From the NCBI GenBank assembly GCA_031414775.1, contig JANOQI010000062.1, forward strand, positions 128,001-192,000: a stretch of 64,000 nt of DNA, read 5' to 3'. Positions 39,112 through 49,717 of the stretch are shown one piece after another. Both the position numbers and the translations under genes were made by a program. The notes under the pieces were generated by a model. That model saw nothing but the letters and a program-made list of their open reading frames with translations, was not told the DNA's origin and made no database searches. Within the stretch, counting starts at the first letter, position 1, and each line of letters opens with the position of its first letter. The DNA comes from Synechococcales cyanobacterium VAR_4_metabat_354 (lineage in GTDB: Bacteria > Cyanobacteriota > Cyanobacteriia > Cyanobacteriales > Chamaesiphonaceae).

Positions 39112-40290
39112 ATGGCTGGGACTTATCAAAGCAGAGTATTTAACTTTATCAACGGCCAAACCAACCGGGTAAAGAATAGCCTTGGTCAGAGTTGGCGACA
39201 GATGAAAGTGTCGGTGCAGTGGACTGGACAAATTTTGTTGACTCCCCTGCGCTGGTTAAATTGGCTTCGCCCAGCGCCAGAAAGCCAGATTCCTGGTAAT
39301 AGCAGGTCACAATTACCGTTAGAGCAGTCAACATCCTTAGCTGTCGATCGCAAAGCTATTACCCATACCGCCAAGGAAGCCAATACCAAGCTCGAAGCCC
39401 TGTTAGCCACCGTCACCCAAGCGGGCTATGGTTTATTACCATCATCATCCTTACCTATTCCTATCCATGATGATTGGTCGGTGATTGACGAAAATGAATG
39501 GGACACTACTTTTTTGGACGAGAACCATCGTGATTTGGCTGGGTCAGCTCAGTCATCTTTGCCCCTGTTGCCTCTAGCTCCGGTAATTCAGGGATTAGCA
39601 ACTTTGTTATCTAACCGACATTTAGTATTGATCGATCAGCATAATCAAGTATTAGATGTGCTGTCGTCTAGTCAGCAGTTTCATATTCGTCAGCAAATTA
39701 GTCCCAACATCACGCCCGCTATCCATGCCGCTGTCGAGCAATTACCGGCAGCCACTGCTCGATTTTTGCCATCAGCACAGCCGATGGGTGTTTTAGCGCC
39801 CGTTCCTAACTTGCCGCGCACCACCTTCCAAAAAATTGGTTACTGGTGCAAGTTTTATCTGGAATATTTTAGGGTAGAAGACAGCAGCAAAACTTCACCA
39901 AGTCAACCGTTAGCGTTACAATCACCGCTGCAAAAATCGTTTGCCGTGACCCCAGCAGCAATTAATCCACTCTCACCAGCAGAAACCTCTTGGCCAGAGA
40001 CACCATCTGGATCTACCGAGTATCCCGTACCGCTGAGTGAAAACAGTAGCGAGCTAGCCCATCCAACAGCGTTAGGCTCCCACAAAGCAATCGATATCAA
40101 AACCACACCAGCTCAGTCGAAAGACCAATCCCAGGCTACTTTCCAGCCAAAATGGATTGATGCGCCGAGCGAAACACTGGGCTATGAAAGATCTCTGCTG
40201 CAGCAATTGTGGAACTGGATCGATCGACTAATGCTAAAAATCGAAAACTGGATTATTGGTCTTTACCACCAGCTAAAAAAATCGAAATGA
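39112..40290 (+). CDS. hypothetical protein with conserved-looking termini and a low-complexity middle
   Basis: 392-aa ORF; YQSRVFNF..W..Q N-terminus and W....LGYE..L.Q.L.W.D C-terminus resemble a cyanobacterial hypothetical family. Confidence 0.7.
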   Translation: MAGTYQSRVFNFINGQTNRVKNSLGQSWRQMKVSVQWTGQILLTPLRWLNWLRPAPESQIPGNSRSQLPLEQSTSLAVDRKAITHTAKEANTKLEALLATVTQAGYGLLPSSSLPIPIHDDWSVIDENEWDTTFLDENHRDLAGSAQSSLPLLPLAPVIQGLATLLSNRHLVLIDQHNQVLDVLSSSQQFHIRQQISPNITPAIHAAVEQLPAATARFLPSAQPMGVLAPVPNLPRTTFQKIGYWCKFYLEYFRVEDSSKTSPSQPLALQSPLQKSFAVTPAAINPLSPAETSWPETPSGSTEYPVPLSENSSELAHPTALGSHKAIDIKTTPAQSKDQSQATFQPKWIDAPSETLGYERSLLQQLWNWIDRLMLKIENWIIGLYHQLKKSK

Positions 40291-40348
40291 TCTAACCCTA
40301 TTGATAGAACTGGCAGGGGTAGACTTCTTGCTCAGCAATGATCCCCAA

Positions 40349-40374
40349 TAAAAGCCAGCGATATTGGGCTTTTA
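40349..40374. terminator. stem-loop after the hypothetical gene
   Basis: TAAAAGCC-N10-GGCTTTTA inverted repeat. Confidence 0.45.
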
Positions 40375-41282
40375 CGGCGATCAAATCAGACAATTGACCT
40401 GATAATATCTACGCTCTTTTTGTTTTGTAATTCACTGCTCCATTTTTGCTCAATCATTTGAGAAATAGTGTAATTAGTAGCACTGATATTAAATTATTAG
40501 TAATAACTATCTCTCTAGAATGTTACCCAAATTGGGCAAACCTCAGCAGCAGCAAACAACCAGACTAATAAAAAGATTATGTACATTTATTGCAAAGCCT
40601 TAATGCACATTGTAGTAATTTTTGATGTCAGCTAAATGGCTTAATTCATCTCGATCGCCATATCGAAATTCTGATGAGCAACTGTAAAGTTTTGAAAAAA
40701 TTCAGCTGTTTGATGCGCCATTTTCATAGTATCTATCTCTTGCTGATTGCAGCCTTTTTTTAGCAACTAGTATCTCTCTGCCTAGGTTGTGGAGATTTAA
40801 AGGATAGGAAAGACCTGTCTTTGACACCCTTCCTAAAACTAATGATGGTGAGCTATGGAAATTTCTAATGAGATTTTCACCTTAAGTAAAAAAGCGTAAT
40901 TTCTATCCAGGCACTTGAAAAATCACCCTAAATACACTAAGAAGCAAAGAAAATTTTGGGCATTTTTGTTTGTTCATCACCAACATAATTCAACCTAATT
41001 AATGCTAAGCAAAAAGACGTAAACCTTGCGCCATTCATTGACAATCGGGGGCAAAGGATATGAAATCAAGGAAAGGATATATATCAGTTTTACGGAAAAC
41101 AAGAAAAACGATGTGATTCTATAAAGTCTCTGTCGTAAATTATAGAAAATCTCCAAAAGTTTAAGTAAACGCCTGCCAACTTTACCAAAATTATAAATTT
41201 TTTCCGCGATCTAAACCTAGAGTTATGTCGCCGAACAGCCAGGATAAGAAGCACCATTAACCTTGATTTCTTTTATAGAAAA

Positions 41283-42026
41283 ATGAACACTCTGCAATCC
41301 AATATTAACTCCACTCCGCTAACATCTGAATGTGCAATCCTGCAAGCAATCGAGCTGCAAAACAAGATTCTCGTAGAAGGTTTGCGCTGGAATTTGATGA
41401 GTGAGTTTTTGACCATCGGCAAGTTTTATCTAGTAAAGCGTTGCATGGACTTCTCTATTGCCGCTTTGGTCATTTTATTTATTTGGCCGGTATACTTAAT
41501 CGTTGCTCTGGCAATTAAGCTAGATTCTCCCGGTCCAATATTTTTCAAGCAAACCCGAATGGGACTCCACGGTAAGAAATTTCAAGTGTGGAAATTCCGA
41601 ACCATGAGAACAGATGCAGAAGAACTGCAAAAGGGACTGGAAGAACGTAACGAAACAACCGACGGGGTCATCTTTAAAATCAAAGATGATCCTCGGATCA
41701 CTGGTATTGGGTTATTTCTCCGCCGTTATAGCCTAGATGAGCTGCCTCAACTATTTAATGTTCTATTGGGAGAAATGGCGTTAGTCGGTCCTCGCCCTTT
41801 ACCAATCAGAGATGTGGATAAATTTTCGCCTCATCATTTCTTCCGGCATGAAGTCTTACCTGGTGTCACTGGTCTTTGGCAAGTTTCTGGTCGATCTAAC
41901 ATCGTCGATTTCGAGCAAGTCATTCAGCTAGACTTCAACTACATAGAAAACTGGTCGCTGGCAATGGATTTACGGATTTTAATGAAAACCGTGATGGTAG
42001 TTTTGAAGAAAGAAGGTGCGTACTAG
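41283..42026 (+). CDS. priming undecaprenyl-phosphate sugar transferase (Bac_transf domain)
   Basis: KRCMD, DSPGPIFFKQ, KFRTM, DDPRIT, SLDELPQL, VGPRP, PGVTGLWQV. Confidence 0.93.
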   Translation: MNTLQSNINSTPLTSECAILQAIELQNKILVEGLRWNLMSEFLTIGKFYLVKRCMDFSIAALVILFIWPVYLIVALAIKLDSPGPIFFKQTRMGLHGKKFQVWKFRTMRTDAEELQKGLEERNETTDGVIFKIKDDPRITGIGLFLRRYSLDELPQLFNVLLGEMALVGPRPLPIRDVDKFSPHHFFRHEVLPGVTGLWQVSGRSNIVDFEQVIQLDFNYIENWSLAMDLRILMKTVMVVLKKEGAY

Positions 42027-42103
42027 TCAGCTAATAATTATTAGCTGGTCTAGCTTGAGAAAGTATATTTAGCATTAAGTTAAGTTAGTACTAAATCTTT
42101 GCT

Positions 42104-42140
42104 AGAGTCCTGGTGCTGTCAAGCATGGGGACTTTTAGTT
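42104..42140 (+). terminator. probable terminator after the sugar transferase
   Basis: AGTCC-TG-GTGCT-GTCA-AGCAT-GG-GGACT followed by TTTAGTT. Confidence 0.55.
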
Positions 42141-42248
42141 TGCTTACTCATCCAAGTCTCAAATATATCGTCGGACAGTATTGCCAGCAGTGATCAAGAT
42201 TAAAGGGCATGATATTTAAACTACTAGAAATATTTGAGTTCATTCAGA

Positions 42249-43106
42249 ATGCGACCAACTGCCACCCTTCTTGTTTATTGTCCTAATCAGCGTGGCCTGG
42301 TGGCCAAAATCGCTAACTTTGTCTATGCTAACGGGGGCAATATCATTAGTGCCGATCATCATACCGATGTCACGGCCGACGTATTTTTGACTCGGATTGA
42401 ATGGGAGTTAGATGGTTTCCATTTGCCGAAAGAAATAATTAGTGCCGCCTTCGGAGCAATCGCTCAACCTTGGAATGCCACTTACGAACTACATTTTTCT
42501 GATGATGCACCGCGTTTGGCTATTTGGGTAAGTAAACAAGATCATTGCTTGTTAGATTTACTGTGGCGTTGGCGTGCTCAGGAATTTTCAGCAGATATCC
42601 CCTTAATGATCAGCAATCACCCGGACTTACAGGAAACTGCCGACCAGTTTGGGATGGCCTATCACTATCTACCGATTACTAAAGAAAACAAGCTGGAGCA
42701 GCAGCAACACCAATTGGAACTTTTAAGTAAATACAAAATTGACCTAGTAATTTTGGCTAAGTACATGCAAATCCTTGGCACAGAGGTGATCGAAGGGTTT
42801 GGCAGTAACCACATTATTAATATTCATCACTCTTTTCTACCAGCTTTTGTGGGTGCCCAGCCTTATCACAAAGCCTATGAACGCGGGGTGAAAATCATTG
42901 GCGCTACCGCTCACTATGCCACCGCTGATTTGGATGCTGGTCCGATCATTGAACAGGATGTTGTGCGCATTACCCACCGTCATGGTGTAGAAGATTTGAT
43001 TCGTAAGGGTAAAGACTTGGAACGGATGGTATTAGCTAGAGCAGTGCGCTTGCATCTTCAAAACCGGGTGTTGGTTTATGGGAATAAAACGGTGGTCTTT
43101 GATTAA
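42249..43106 (+). CDS. purU: formyltetrahydrofolate deformylase
   Basis: ACT domain, VSKQDHCL, LAKYMQIL, INIHHSFLPAF, DLDAGPIIEQ. Start taken at ATG 42249. Confidence 0.96.
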   Translation: MRPTATLLVYCPNQRGLVAKIANFVYANGGNIISADHHTDVTADVFLTRIEWELDGFHLPKEIISAAFGAIAQPWNATYELHFSDDAPRLAIWVSKQDHCLLDLLWRWRAQEFSADIPLMISNHPDLQETADQFGMAYHYLPITKENKLEQQQHQLELLSKYKIDLVILAKYMQILGTEVIEGFGSNHIINIHHSFLPAFVGAQPYHKAYERGVKIIGATAHYATADLDAGPIIEQDVVRITHRHGVEDLIRKGKDLERMVLARAVRLHLQNRVLVYGNKTVVFD

Positions 43107-43174
43107 GAATCGGCCGGTAATTTTCGGCTGGAAAAAGCTTAAACTGAGTTTTGCAACTAAACCCAATCTACACA

Positions 43175-43957
43175 ATGCAGATACGAATTTTGATTTTGGT
43201 CGGATTTTTGTTTACTTCTTTAGCTTTGAATGGCTGTGACGCTACCAAAACTAGCTCTAATTTGAGTAGTCCAGCAGCTACCGTAATCAAGACGGAGGCG
43301 GCACCGAGCGCTTCCTATGAAACAGCTTCAGAAGTAGGTACACCCGTAGTAGCCACCGAAAAAGGTACGAACGCCCAATTTGCTAATCTCCCTCGTCTGG
43401 TAGGCAAAGCAACAGTCGTGTTAACAGTCAAGGGTAAGCCAATTACGATTGAGGTCGATGGTAACAATGCCCCCATTACTGCTGGTAACTTTGTAGAGCT
43501 AGTCCAAAAAGGGTTTTACAATAATCTCACATTCCACCGGGTGGAGCCAGCCTTTGTGGTGCAGGGCGGTGATCCCAAAGGCAACGGGACTGGTGGCTAT
43601 GTACCCAAAGGGGAATCTCAAGAGCGGCGCATTCCCTTAGAAATTAAAATCAAAGGCTCTCCCGCACCGACTTATAGCAAAGGATTTGAGCAATCACAGA
43701 TTGTCGCCCAGCCACCAGTACTCACTCACAAGCGGGGCGTGCTTTCAATGGCCCGTTCGCAGATGCCCGACAGTGCTTCATCCCAGTTCTATATCACTCT
43801 GACCCAAAAAGACTTCTTAGATGGTCAGTATGCGGTTTTTGGTAAAGTACTTAGTGGCATGGAAGTAGTTGATAGTATTAAAATTGGCGACAAAATCACC
43901 TCCGCCAAAGTCACTAGAGGTCAAGGAAATTTGAAATTGCCAAAATCGACTAAATAG
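43175..43957 (+). CDS. cyclophilin-type peptidyl-prolyl isomerase, probable lipoprotein
   Basis: Signal with LNGC lipobox-like site; [33 protein letters not shown]. Confidence 0.92.
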   Translation: MQIRILILVGFLFTSLALNGCDATKTSSNLSSPAATVIKTEAAPSASYETASEVGTPVVATEKGTNAQFANLPRLVGKATVVLTVKGKPITIEVDGNNAPITAGNFVELVQKGFYNNLTFHRVEPAFVVQGGDPKGNGTGGYVPKGESQERRIPLEIKIKGSPAPTYSKGFEQSQIVAQPPVLTHKRGVLSMARSQMPDSASSQFYITLTQKDFLDGQYAVFGKVLSGMEVVDSIKIGDKITSAKVTRGQGNLKLPKSTK

Positions 43958-43969
43958 ATTTAACCAGTT

Positions 43970-45094
43970 TTAGCCAAACTGCTGAATTGGTTTAATGATT
44001 TCTTGATAAACCTGCTCAATGTGCGAAATATTGCCATTGAGCGTATAGGTTTGGATAACTCGATCGCGTGCGGCTTGCCCTAGGGTTTTTTGGAGCGCGG
44101 GATGAGCTTTGAGGAGTGGCAGAATCGTGCGTAGTTGGCTAGATACGCCTTGCGTATCAATTACAATTCCGGCTCCATTGGCTAATACTTCGCCGTCAGC
44201 ACCGGCATCGGTAGCGACGCAGGCTAAACCACAAGCCATTCCTTCCAGGAGTGATAGAGATAAACCTTCCACTAACGAAGGCAGCACAAAGACATCGGCA
44301 CCGCGTAAAATCTCAATCCGCCGTTGGTCATCTTCGATCGCACCGAGCCAAATTACACCGTCGGTTAGATCGTAAAACGGTTCTAAAGAAGTTTTGAGAG
44401 TCCCATCGCCCATAATAATCAGCTTGCAAGTGCCATCATTACCCATGCCAGACTTTTTCCAAGCTCGCAACAAAGATTCGACATTTTTCTCAGTAGAAAT
44501 TCGTCCTTGGTAAACAAAAAGCTGCTCAGCATTAAATTCTTGCTTACTATTCGATGAACCCGGCGCATATTTGTTTTCATCTACTCCATTGGGAATTACC
44601 ACAATCCGTTCGGCTGGAACTCCCATTTTGATCAGCAACTCGCGCTGTTCTTGACAGAAAATAATCGTTCGATCGTACTTAGCTAAAAATGGAGCATACA
44701 GCTGATAAGCCAGCAACTGGCTGCCCGAAGTGAGGTTGCGACGCTTGCCATCATAGGGCGTGTGGAAAGTGGCCACTAGTGGCAAATCTAGTTCTTGACA
44801 AATTTCTGGTAACAAAAAATCTAATGGCGACAAACTTAGCGAAGCATGTACAATGTCGGGACGGCGACGCTGCAGCGATTTCTCTAAGACTCGTTTGGCA
44901 CGAATTGTCGGAATGGTAAAGACTTGGGACTTATAAAGAAAAGGTAGCGGTACATCATCTCGATCGGCCTTAGTCTCGGTAAAATGCATAAAGCTGATTT
45001 TGTGTCCCCGTTGGGTCAGCCCGTTGGTTATTTCTCGACTATAGGTGACGTTACCGCAAAAAGGAGATTTCTTTCCAAGCCAAGCAATATGCAT
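43970..45094 (-). CDS. dgdA: GT4 glycosyltransferase, probably the cyanobacterial DGDG synthase
   Basis: MHIAWLGKKSPFCGNVTY N-terminus and PSLVEGLSLSLLEGMACG GT4 motif. The GT4 call is secure; the dgdA identity is from recall. Confidence 0.7.
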   Translation of the reverse strand: MHIAWLGKKSPFCGNVTYSREITNGLTQRGHKISFMHFTETKADRDDVPLPFLYKSQVFTIPTIRAKRVLEKSLQRRRPDIVHASLSLSPLDFLLPEICQELDLPLVATFHTPYDGKRRNLTSGSQLLAYQLYAPFLAKYDRTIIFCQEQRELLIKMGVPAERIVVIPNGVDENKYAPGSSNSKQEFNAEQLFVYQGRISTEKNVESLLRAWKKSGMGNDGTCKLIIMGDGTLKTSLEPFYDLTDGVIWLGAIEDDQRRIEILRGADVFVLPSLVEGLSLSLLEGMACGLACVATDAGADGEVLANGAGIVIDTQGVSSQLRTILPLLKAHPALQKTLGQAARDRVIQTYTLNGNISHIEQVYQEIIKPIQQFG

Positions 45095-45170
45095 TTTTTA
45101 TTTCAAACCACTCCCAATTGATAGCAGGCGTGAACGCCACTATTAGTTAATTCTAACCGGAGTTGGTCTT

Positions 45171-46577
45171 TTAGCTTTGGGGGTCAGGCGATCGCTGGCC
45201 GTACAAAAAGATGGTCAAAATCACTACGGCCAAAGATAAACCCAGTAAAACATTGGGAACTCCCAATATGGTCTCAGCCACTCCGGTCAGCGCCAAAGGC
45301 AGACTGAGGGCAATATTGGTGCCATTATTCTGGAGTCCAAACACCTTACCGCGCATTTCGGGTGGCGTTTCCGATTGAATGACAGTTTGCATGGGAATGG
45401 CGATCAAGGCTCCAAATACTCCCATTAAAATAATCATTGATACCGTTAACCACAAGCTATGGGTGAAAAGTGACATCCCCGCCAGGGTAGCGGCGACTCC
45501 GATCGAACCAAACATGGCTAGTTGATCGTGATCCAGCATTTTACCCAAATAGCTGATCAGAAAAGCGCCAATACCCATGCCAATGCCGCCAGTAGCCAGC
45601 AAAAAACCAAACTGGGAAGCTTTTATTTCGGGCAGAATTTCCGCTAGGCGCACGACAATAATGCTCATGGCCGCAAAAACTGAGAACAAAGTAACCAGTT
45701 GAATCATGGCTACTCGAATCGATCGATTAGTACCAAGATAACGAATGCCTTCTTTAATATCTTCGAGCACATGAACTTCTTCGCCTTTGGTTTGGGGTGG
45801 CTCATGAACTCTCAGCAACAGCAGTAGCAAACCCGCAACGATATAACTGCCACCCACCACCAACTCTTGACCAATATTGGCACCCAATCCAAAGCGGGTA
45901 GCTACTGTATCGGCCAAACCCAAAACTGGTTCCCCGACCGCGAAACCCACCACTAGCGAACCCATGGCCGTGGTCGTATACAAGGAGTTCGCCGATAACA
46001 AATCCTGCTTTTCGACAATTGTTGAAATGGTCGCCTGCTCTGCTGGGGAAAAGAACTGGCCAGAAGTAGAAATCACAAAGGTTACTAGCAGCAATAGTTC
46101 AAAGCCCAAGGGTAGCTTGGCCACCACGGCTCCATGGGAAAGCCATAGTAAGACTGGTACAGCGAGTACTAACAAACCACGCACAATATTGGTGCTAACT
46201 AATACCAGCTTTTTATTCCAGCGATCGACATAGACCCCAGCAAAAGCGCCGAACAAGATGGCCGGAATAGTGTTGGCAATCATAATTGCCGATACCCAGC
46301 CACTAATCGTCTGGTTTTCGGCTTGGAACTGGCTTTCGATGATCGCAATCATCAACACCAAGTACACTTTATCGGCTAGTTGCGAAAAGATCTGCCCACC
46401 CCACAAAGTGAGAAAATTCTTATTCTTTAGGACAGCAGAAATTCCCTGTGATTCCACTTTTTCAGTAGCTTCGGGTGCAACGGTGTCCAACTGCGGCTGG
46501 GCTGGTACTTCTGGATTGAGATCTTCGGATAATCGCATGTAGCTGACAAGGGTAAGGAGCAGGAAAAATACTGCCAC
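45171..46577 (-). CDS. MFS transporter; likely start 46538
   Basis: About 12 TM segments, FLTLWGGQIFSQ, AGVYVDRW, MRGKVFG. Confidence 0.9.
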   Translation of the reverse strand: MAVFFLLLTLVSYMRLSEDLNPEVPAQPQLDTVAPEATEKVESQGISAVLKNKNFLTLWGGQIFSQLADKVYLVLMIAIIESQFQAENQTISGWVSAIMIANTIPAILFGAFAGVYVDRWNKKLVLVSTNIVRGLLVLAVPVLLWLSHGAVVAKLPLGFELLLLVTFVISTSGQFFSPAEQATISTIVEKQDLLSANSLYTTTAMGSLVVGFAVGEPVLGLADTVATRFGLGANIGQELVVGGSYIVAGLLLLLLRVHEPPQTKGEEVHVLEDIKEGIRYLGTNRSIRVAMIQLVTLFSVFAAMSIIVVRLAEILPEIKASQFGFLLATGGIGMGIGAFLISYLGKMLDHDQLAMFGSIGVAATLAGMSLFTHSLWLTVSMIILMGVFGALIAIPMQTVIQSETPPEMRGKVFGLQNNGTNIALSLPLALTGVAETILGVPNVLLGLSLAVVILTIFLYGQRSPDPQS

Positions 46578-46688
46578 ATTAGAAAATTTTATTCGATATT
46601 GGCTGAGGTTAAGAGATTATTCACCCAATCTCATCAATCTCTATAGTGTCCGGTTTGTCTGGACAAAAATTAGGGCTAGTTGGTTTGG

Positions 46689-47483
46689 TTATCTGCCGAA
46701 CATCAGTAAGTCAGCTGATCGAATGCTAGTTCCCAAATAGTGCCGGATATATTGACGGAGGACTTTTTCGATTTTCGACCAAGATTGTTGCAAGGTCACT
46801 GGCGGCAAATCACTCATCGCCCAGCTCCCTAAATCCTGAGCCGAAAGTTGTTGAAACAAGGCCAGCTCCAAGCCCGTTAGATAATATAGACCCGCTTGAG
46901 CTTTGTCGAGAATCGCTGTGGGATTCACCGTACCACCCGCATCAATACTAAAGCCAGTTTTCCAACGCGGTTCGGCCAAATTGGCCACCATCGCTGCACC
47001 AGTAGCACAACAGTTATGCACCTGCGGCGCAATTCCCCCCGCCGCCAGCAAGTGAAAAATTCCTTGGCAAAGATAGGCCAGAATTTCTGCTCCAGGCTGA
47101 ACGAGGCTATCCAAGCGTCCTAAATGAACAATAAATAGTTCATATAGTTCTGTTTGAGGTTGACCGCTGACAGCCTGACTGAGTAGAATCTCTGCCCAAT
47201 ATTGACTAATCGACAGCTTGGATAAATTAGCAGATAGATTCCGGTAGGTACGCAGGGTTTCGGCTTGGGTAATCCGATCGATCGACTTACCTTTCGCAAT
47301 CAATAGCTGATTAATCACAAAAATGCCACTACGGCCACCCAGACTAGATTTCGGTTTCCGCGCCCCCGGCGCAATGACTCGAATCAGGCCATGTTCAGAT
47401 GACAAAATAGTCAGCAGTCGATCGGCCTCCCCCATGGGCGTGGCCTTGAGATTAATACCAGTAGTTTGATAGGTGTTACTCAT
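46689..47483 (-). CDS. recO: DNA repair protein RecO
   Basis: [22 protein letters not shown]. Start taken at the ATG overlapping the deoC stop. Confidence 0.93.
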   Translation of the reverse strand: MSNTYQTTGINLKATPMGEADRLLTILSSEHGLIRVIAPGARKPKSSLGGRSGIFVINQLLIAKGKSIDRITQAETLRTYRNLSANLSKLSISQYWAEILLSQAVSGQPQTELYELFIVHLGRLDSLVQPGAEILAYLCQGIFHLLAAGGIAPQVHNCCATGAAMVANLAEPRWKTGFSIDAGGTVNPTAILDKAQAGLYYLTGLELALFQQLSAQDLGSWAMSDLPPVTLQQSWSKIEKVLRQYIRHYLGTSIRSADLLMFGR

Positions 47484-48150
47484 CAGCTGGATTGTTGCGT
47501 TCGTGGAGCAAGGCCACCCCATTGGAAGTCCCCAGCCGCGTGGCTCCAGCTTGAACTAGTTCGATCGCTTGGGCATGAGTGCGAATTCCTCCCGAGGCTT
47601 TAATCCCGATCACGCCTCGCGTGATTTCGGCCAGCAGCTTTACATCAGCTACGGTAGCACCGCCGCTCCAGCCAGTACTGGTCTTCAAATACCTTGCGCC
47701 CGCCTCCATACAGATTTCAGCAGCAATTCGTTTTTCTTCTTCGGTCAATAAAGACATCTCCAGAATGGCCTTCACTGTCTGGCCAGTTTCCTCACAAATT
47801 TGAGCCAATTCCTTGTGTACCTCATCAATTCGCCCCGCTTTTAAGCTGGCCAGATCAATTACTACATCCAATTCTGTTGCCCCATTTTCCACTGCTTCTT
47901 GGGCTTCGTAAAGCTTGACGGTGGAGGTAGTTGCACCCGTCGGAAAACCAATCACCGTACAAACTTTTGGTTTTCTGTTGTTCAATAATTCGGCCACCAG
48001 CCGCACATAACGAGGATGAACGCAGACGGCAGCAAAGTTATATCGATCGGCTTCGGCACACCACTGGGCAACTTGTTCAGGGCTGGCCGTAGCGGTTAAC
48101 AGCGAATGATCGATGAGAGGAGCAATGTCTATTTCTTGGTCGCGCACGGT
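47476..48150 (-). CDS. deoC: deoxyribose-phosphate aldolase (start approximate)
   Basis: IDHSLL, AAVCV, VIGFPTG, LKTSTG, IKASGG, RLGTS. Confidence 0.95.
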   Translation of the reverse strand, partial: TVRDQEIDIAPLIDHSLLTATASPEQVAQWCAEADRYNFAAVCVHPRYVRLVAELLNNRKPKVCTVIGFPTGATTSTVKLYEAQEAVENGATELDVVIDLASLKAGRIDEVHKELAQICEETGQTVKAILEMSLLTEEEKRIAAEICMEAGARYLKTSTGWSGGATVADVKLLAEITRGVIGIKASGGIRTHAQAIELVQAGATRLGTSNGVALLHERNNPADE

Positions 48151-48221
48151 CAGAAGAGGTAAAGGGTGCAGCTTTCCATTGTAGGCAAAAGATTTAATAT
48201 AAGCTGTCAGAGTCTGTATTC

Positions 48222-48329
48222 GAGATAACCTTTGAAGCACTGGGCATGCCAGAGATCTGGCGATATCAACAAGGTGAATTAGCGATATTTATACTGGTAG
48301 ATGGGCATTACCTCGCATCTGATTACTAG
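48222..48329 (+). pseudogene. Uma2-family C-terminal remnant
   Basis: Own translation [35 protein letters not shown] matches the Y..LGVPEIWRY...L.IY.L..G.Y tail of Uma2 proteins. Confidence 0.65.
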
Positions 48330-48356
48330 CTCCTTCTTTAACGATGGGTTCCACCA

Positions 48357-48935
48357 TCATGAACTACCCCACGGTTTAACATCCTCTGGATAATTCCAGT
48401 TAGTAAAAATCTGAGGAGTCAGCACAGGTATTGGTTCGATAATCTCAGCCTTTAACCATTTTTGAAAAGATTGGCCACCAGCCTGTATAAAACGATCTAA
48501 ACTGAGGCGACAGCTAGTACGATAACAACCACAGAGCGCTTCCCATCCTTTGGATTGGGGGGCAAGGTAGGCGATCGATCTCTCCTCTACGTTCTCTAAA
48601 TCTTTAATCCACCCCTGTATCACCACTTTATCCAGACAAGGTAGATCGCAGGCCAGTAATAAAATCCAATCAGCGGTAATTTGAGAAAGGCTCTGCTGGA
48701 AAGCTAGCAGTGGTCCTTGGTGCGGTAGATTTTCTATTAACCACCGACAGTTTACTGGTAATAAGTCCCGATATCTCTCCGGCCAAGGGGTGAGGATATA
48801 GACTTCAGGGGTGCAATCGATCACGACATCATAAACCCGTCGAATCAATGGTGATCCATTCACCATTAACAGCGCCTTATCTTGCTGCATCCGGCGACTT
48901 TGACCACCAGCCAGAATTACCGTCACGATCTTCAT
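48357..48935 (-). CDS. mobA: molybdenum cofactor guanylyltransferase
   Basis: ILAGGQSRRM..DKALL, QGPL, LLACDLP, N.NYPED. Confidence 0.93.
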   Translation of the reverse strand: MKIVTVILAGGQSRRMQQDKALLMVNGSPLIRRVYDVVIDCTPEVYILTPWPERYRDLLPVNCRWLIENLPHQGPLLAFQQSLSQITADWILLLACDLPCLDKVVIQGWIKDLENVEERSIAYLAPQSKGWEALCGCYRTSCRLSLDRFIQAGGQSFQKWLKAEIIEPIPVLTPQIFTNWNYPEDVKPWGSS

Positions 48936-49399
48936 TACTGACGAATCTTGGTCGTAAAGCCCGCTGCTTTAAATTTCTTGAGTTGTAAAGGCTGCGACGT
49001 ATTGCTCGGCACCGAAACCCGCATCTCAAAATCACTTACTCCGGGGGGTAATTTCTCAATGAGACCAACACGCGATCGATTCTGCAACACCAAATTATTA
49101 TCAGCATCATAAATCCGACCAAAGACATCTGCATCAAAGACCGTTTTACTGGAAGGATTCTGAGCTTTACCAATAATCAAAAAACAACTGGCTGTCTGGG
49201 TCACACCCCCACTCGTCACTGCGCCCTCGGCCATCTCCGCTGGGCAATCCTTATAAGAAACTTCTGATAGCTTAATTGGAGTCACCGCCCAGGCCGCTGG
49301 TGTCAATAGCAAGTTAATCATGGCAATGACCGTGAGAGTCAGAACCCACTGACTAATAACTTGCTGCCAATTCCTGACAGTGGAGAGAATACGCAGCAT
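48935..49399 (-). CDS. conserved exported hypothetical protein
   Basis: Signal peptide ending PAAWA, a Cys pair, DADVFGRIYDA..N..LQNR. Confidence 0.7.
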   Translation of the reverse strand: MLRILSTVRNWQQVISQWVLTLTVIAMINLLLTPAAWAVTPIKLSEVSYKDCPAEMAEGAVTSGGVTQTASCFLIIGKAQNPSSKTVFDADVFGRIYDADNNLVLQNRSRVGLIEKLPPGVSDFEMRVSVPSNTSQPLQLKKFKAAGFTTKIRQ

Positions 49400-49448
49400 A
49401 GATTTTCACCAGTTAGTACCATTTGCATGATACCGTACTGCTGCCTAC

Positions 49449-49490
49449 AAACAAGCGCTTCCAAACCTATGTTTGAAAGCGCTTAGTTTT
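49449..49490. terminator. terminator downstream of tRNA-fMet
   Basis: AAGCGCTT-CCAAAC-CTAT-GTTTG-AAAGCGCTT inverted repeat with A/T flanks. Confidence 0.7.
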
Positions 49491-49494
49491 TATT

Positions 49495-49571
<77 letters not shown>

Positions 49572-49717
49572 TCGTTTTTTAGTCAACCCACTAAATATAC
49601 GATGCTTCTCGGCAAATAGCAACCCCTTGACTGTAAGTTTGGCCAAAGAGAGTAAACTGAGAAACAATAATTCTAGATGCTCTATTAATTACAGCTGTTG
49701 CCAGCCTTTAGAAAATC

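Noticed and set aside
48151..48240. N-terminal extension of the deoC ORF (also long TTG/GTG extensions on ORFs at 12637, 20365, 27316, 58564)
   Set aside because: Recognisable domains begin downstream; these look like longest-ORF artefacts
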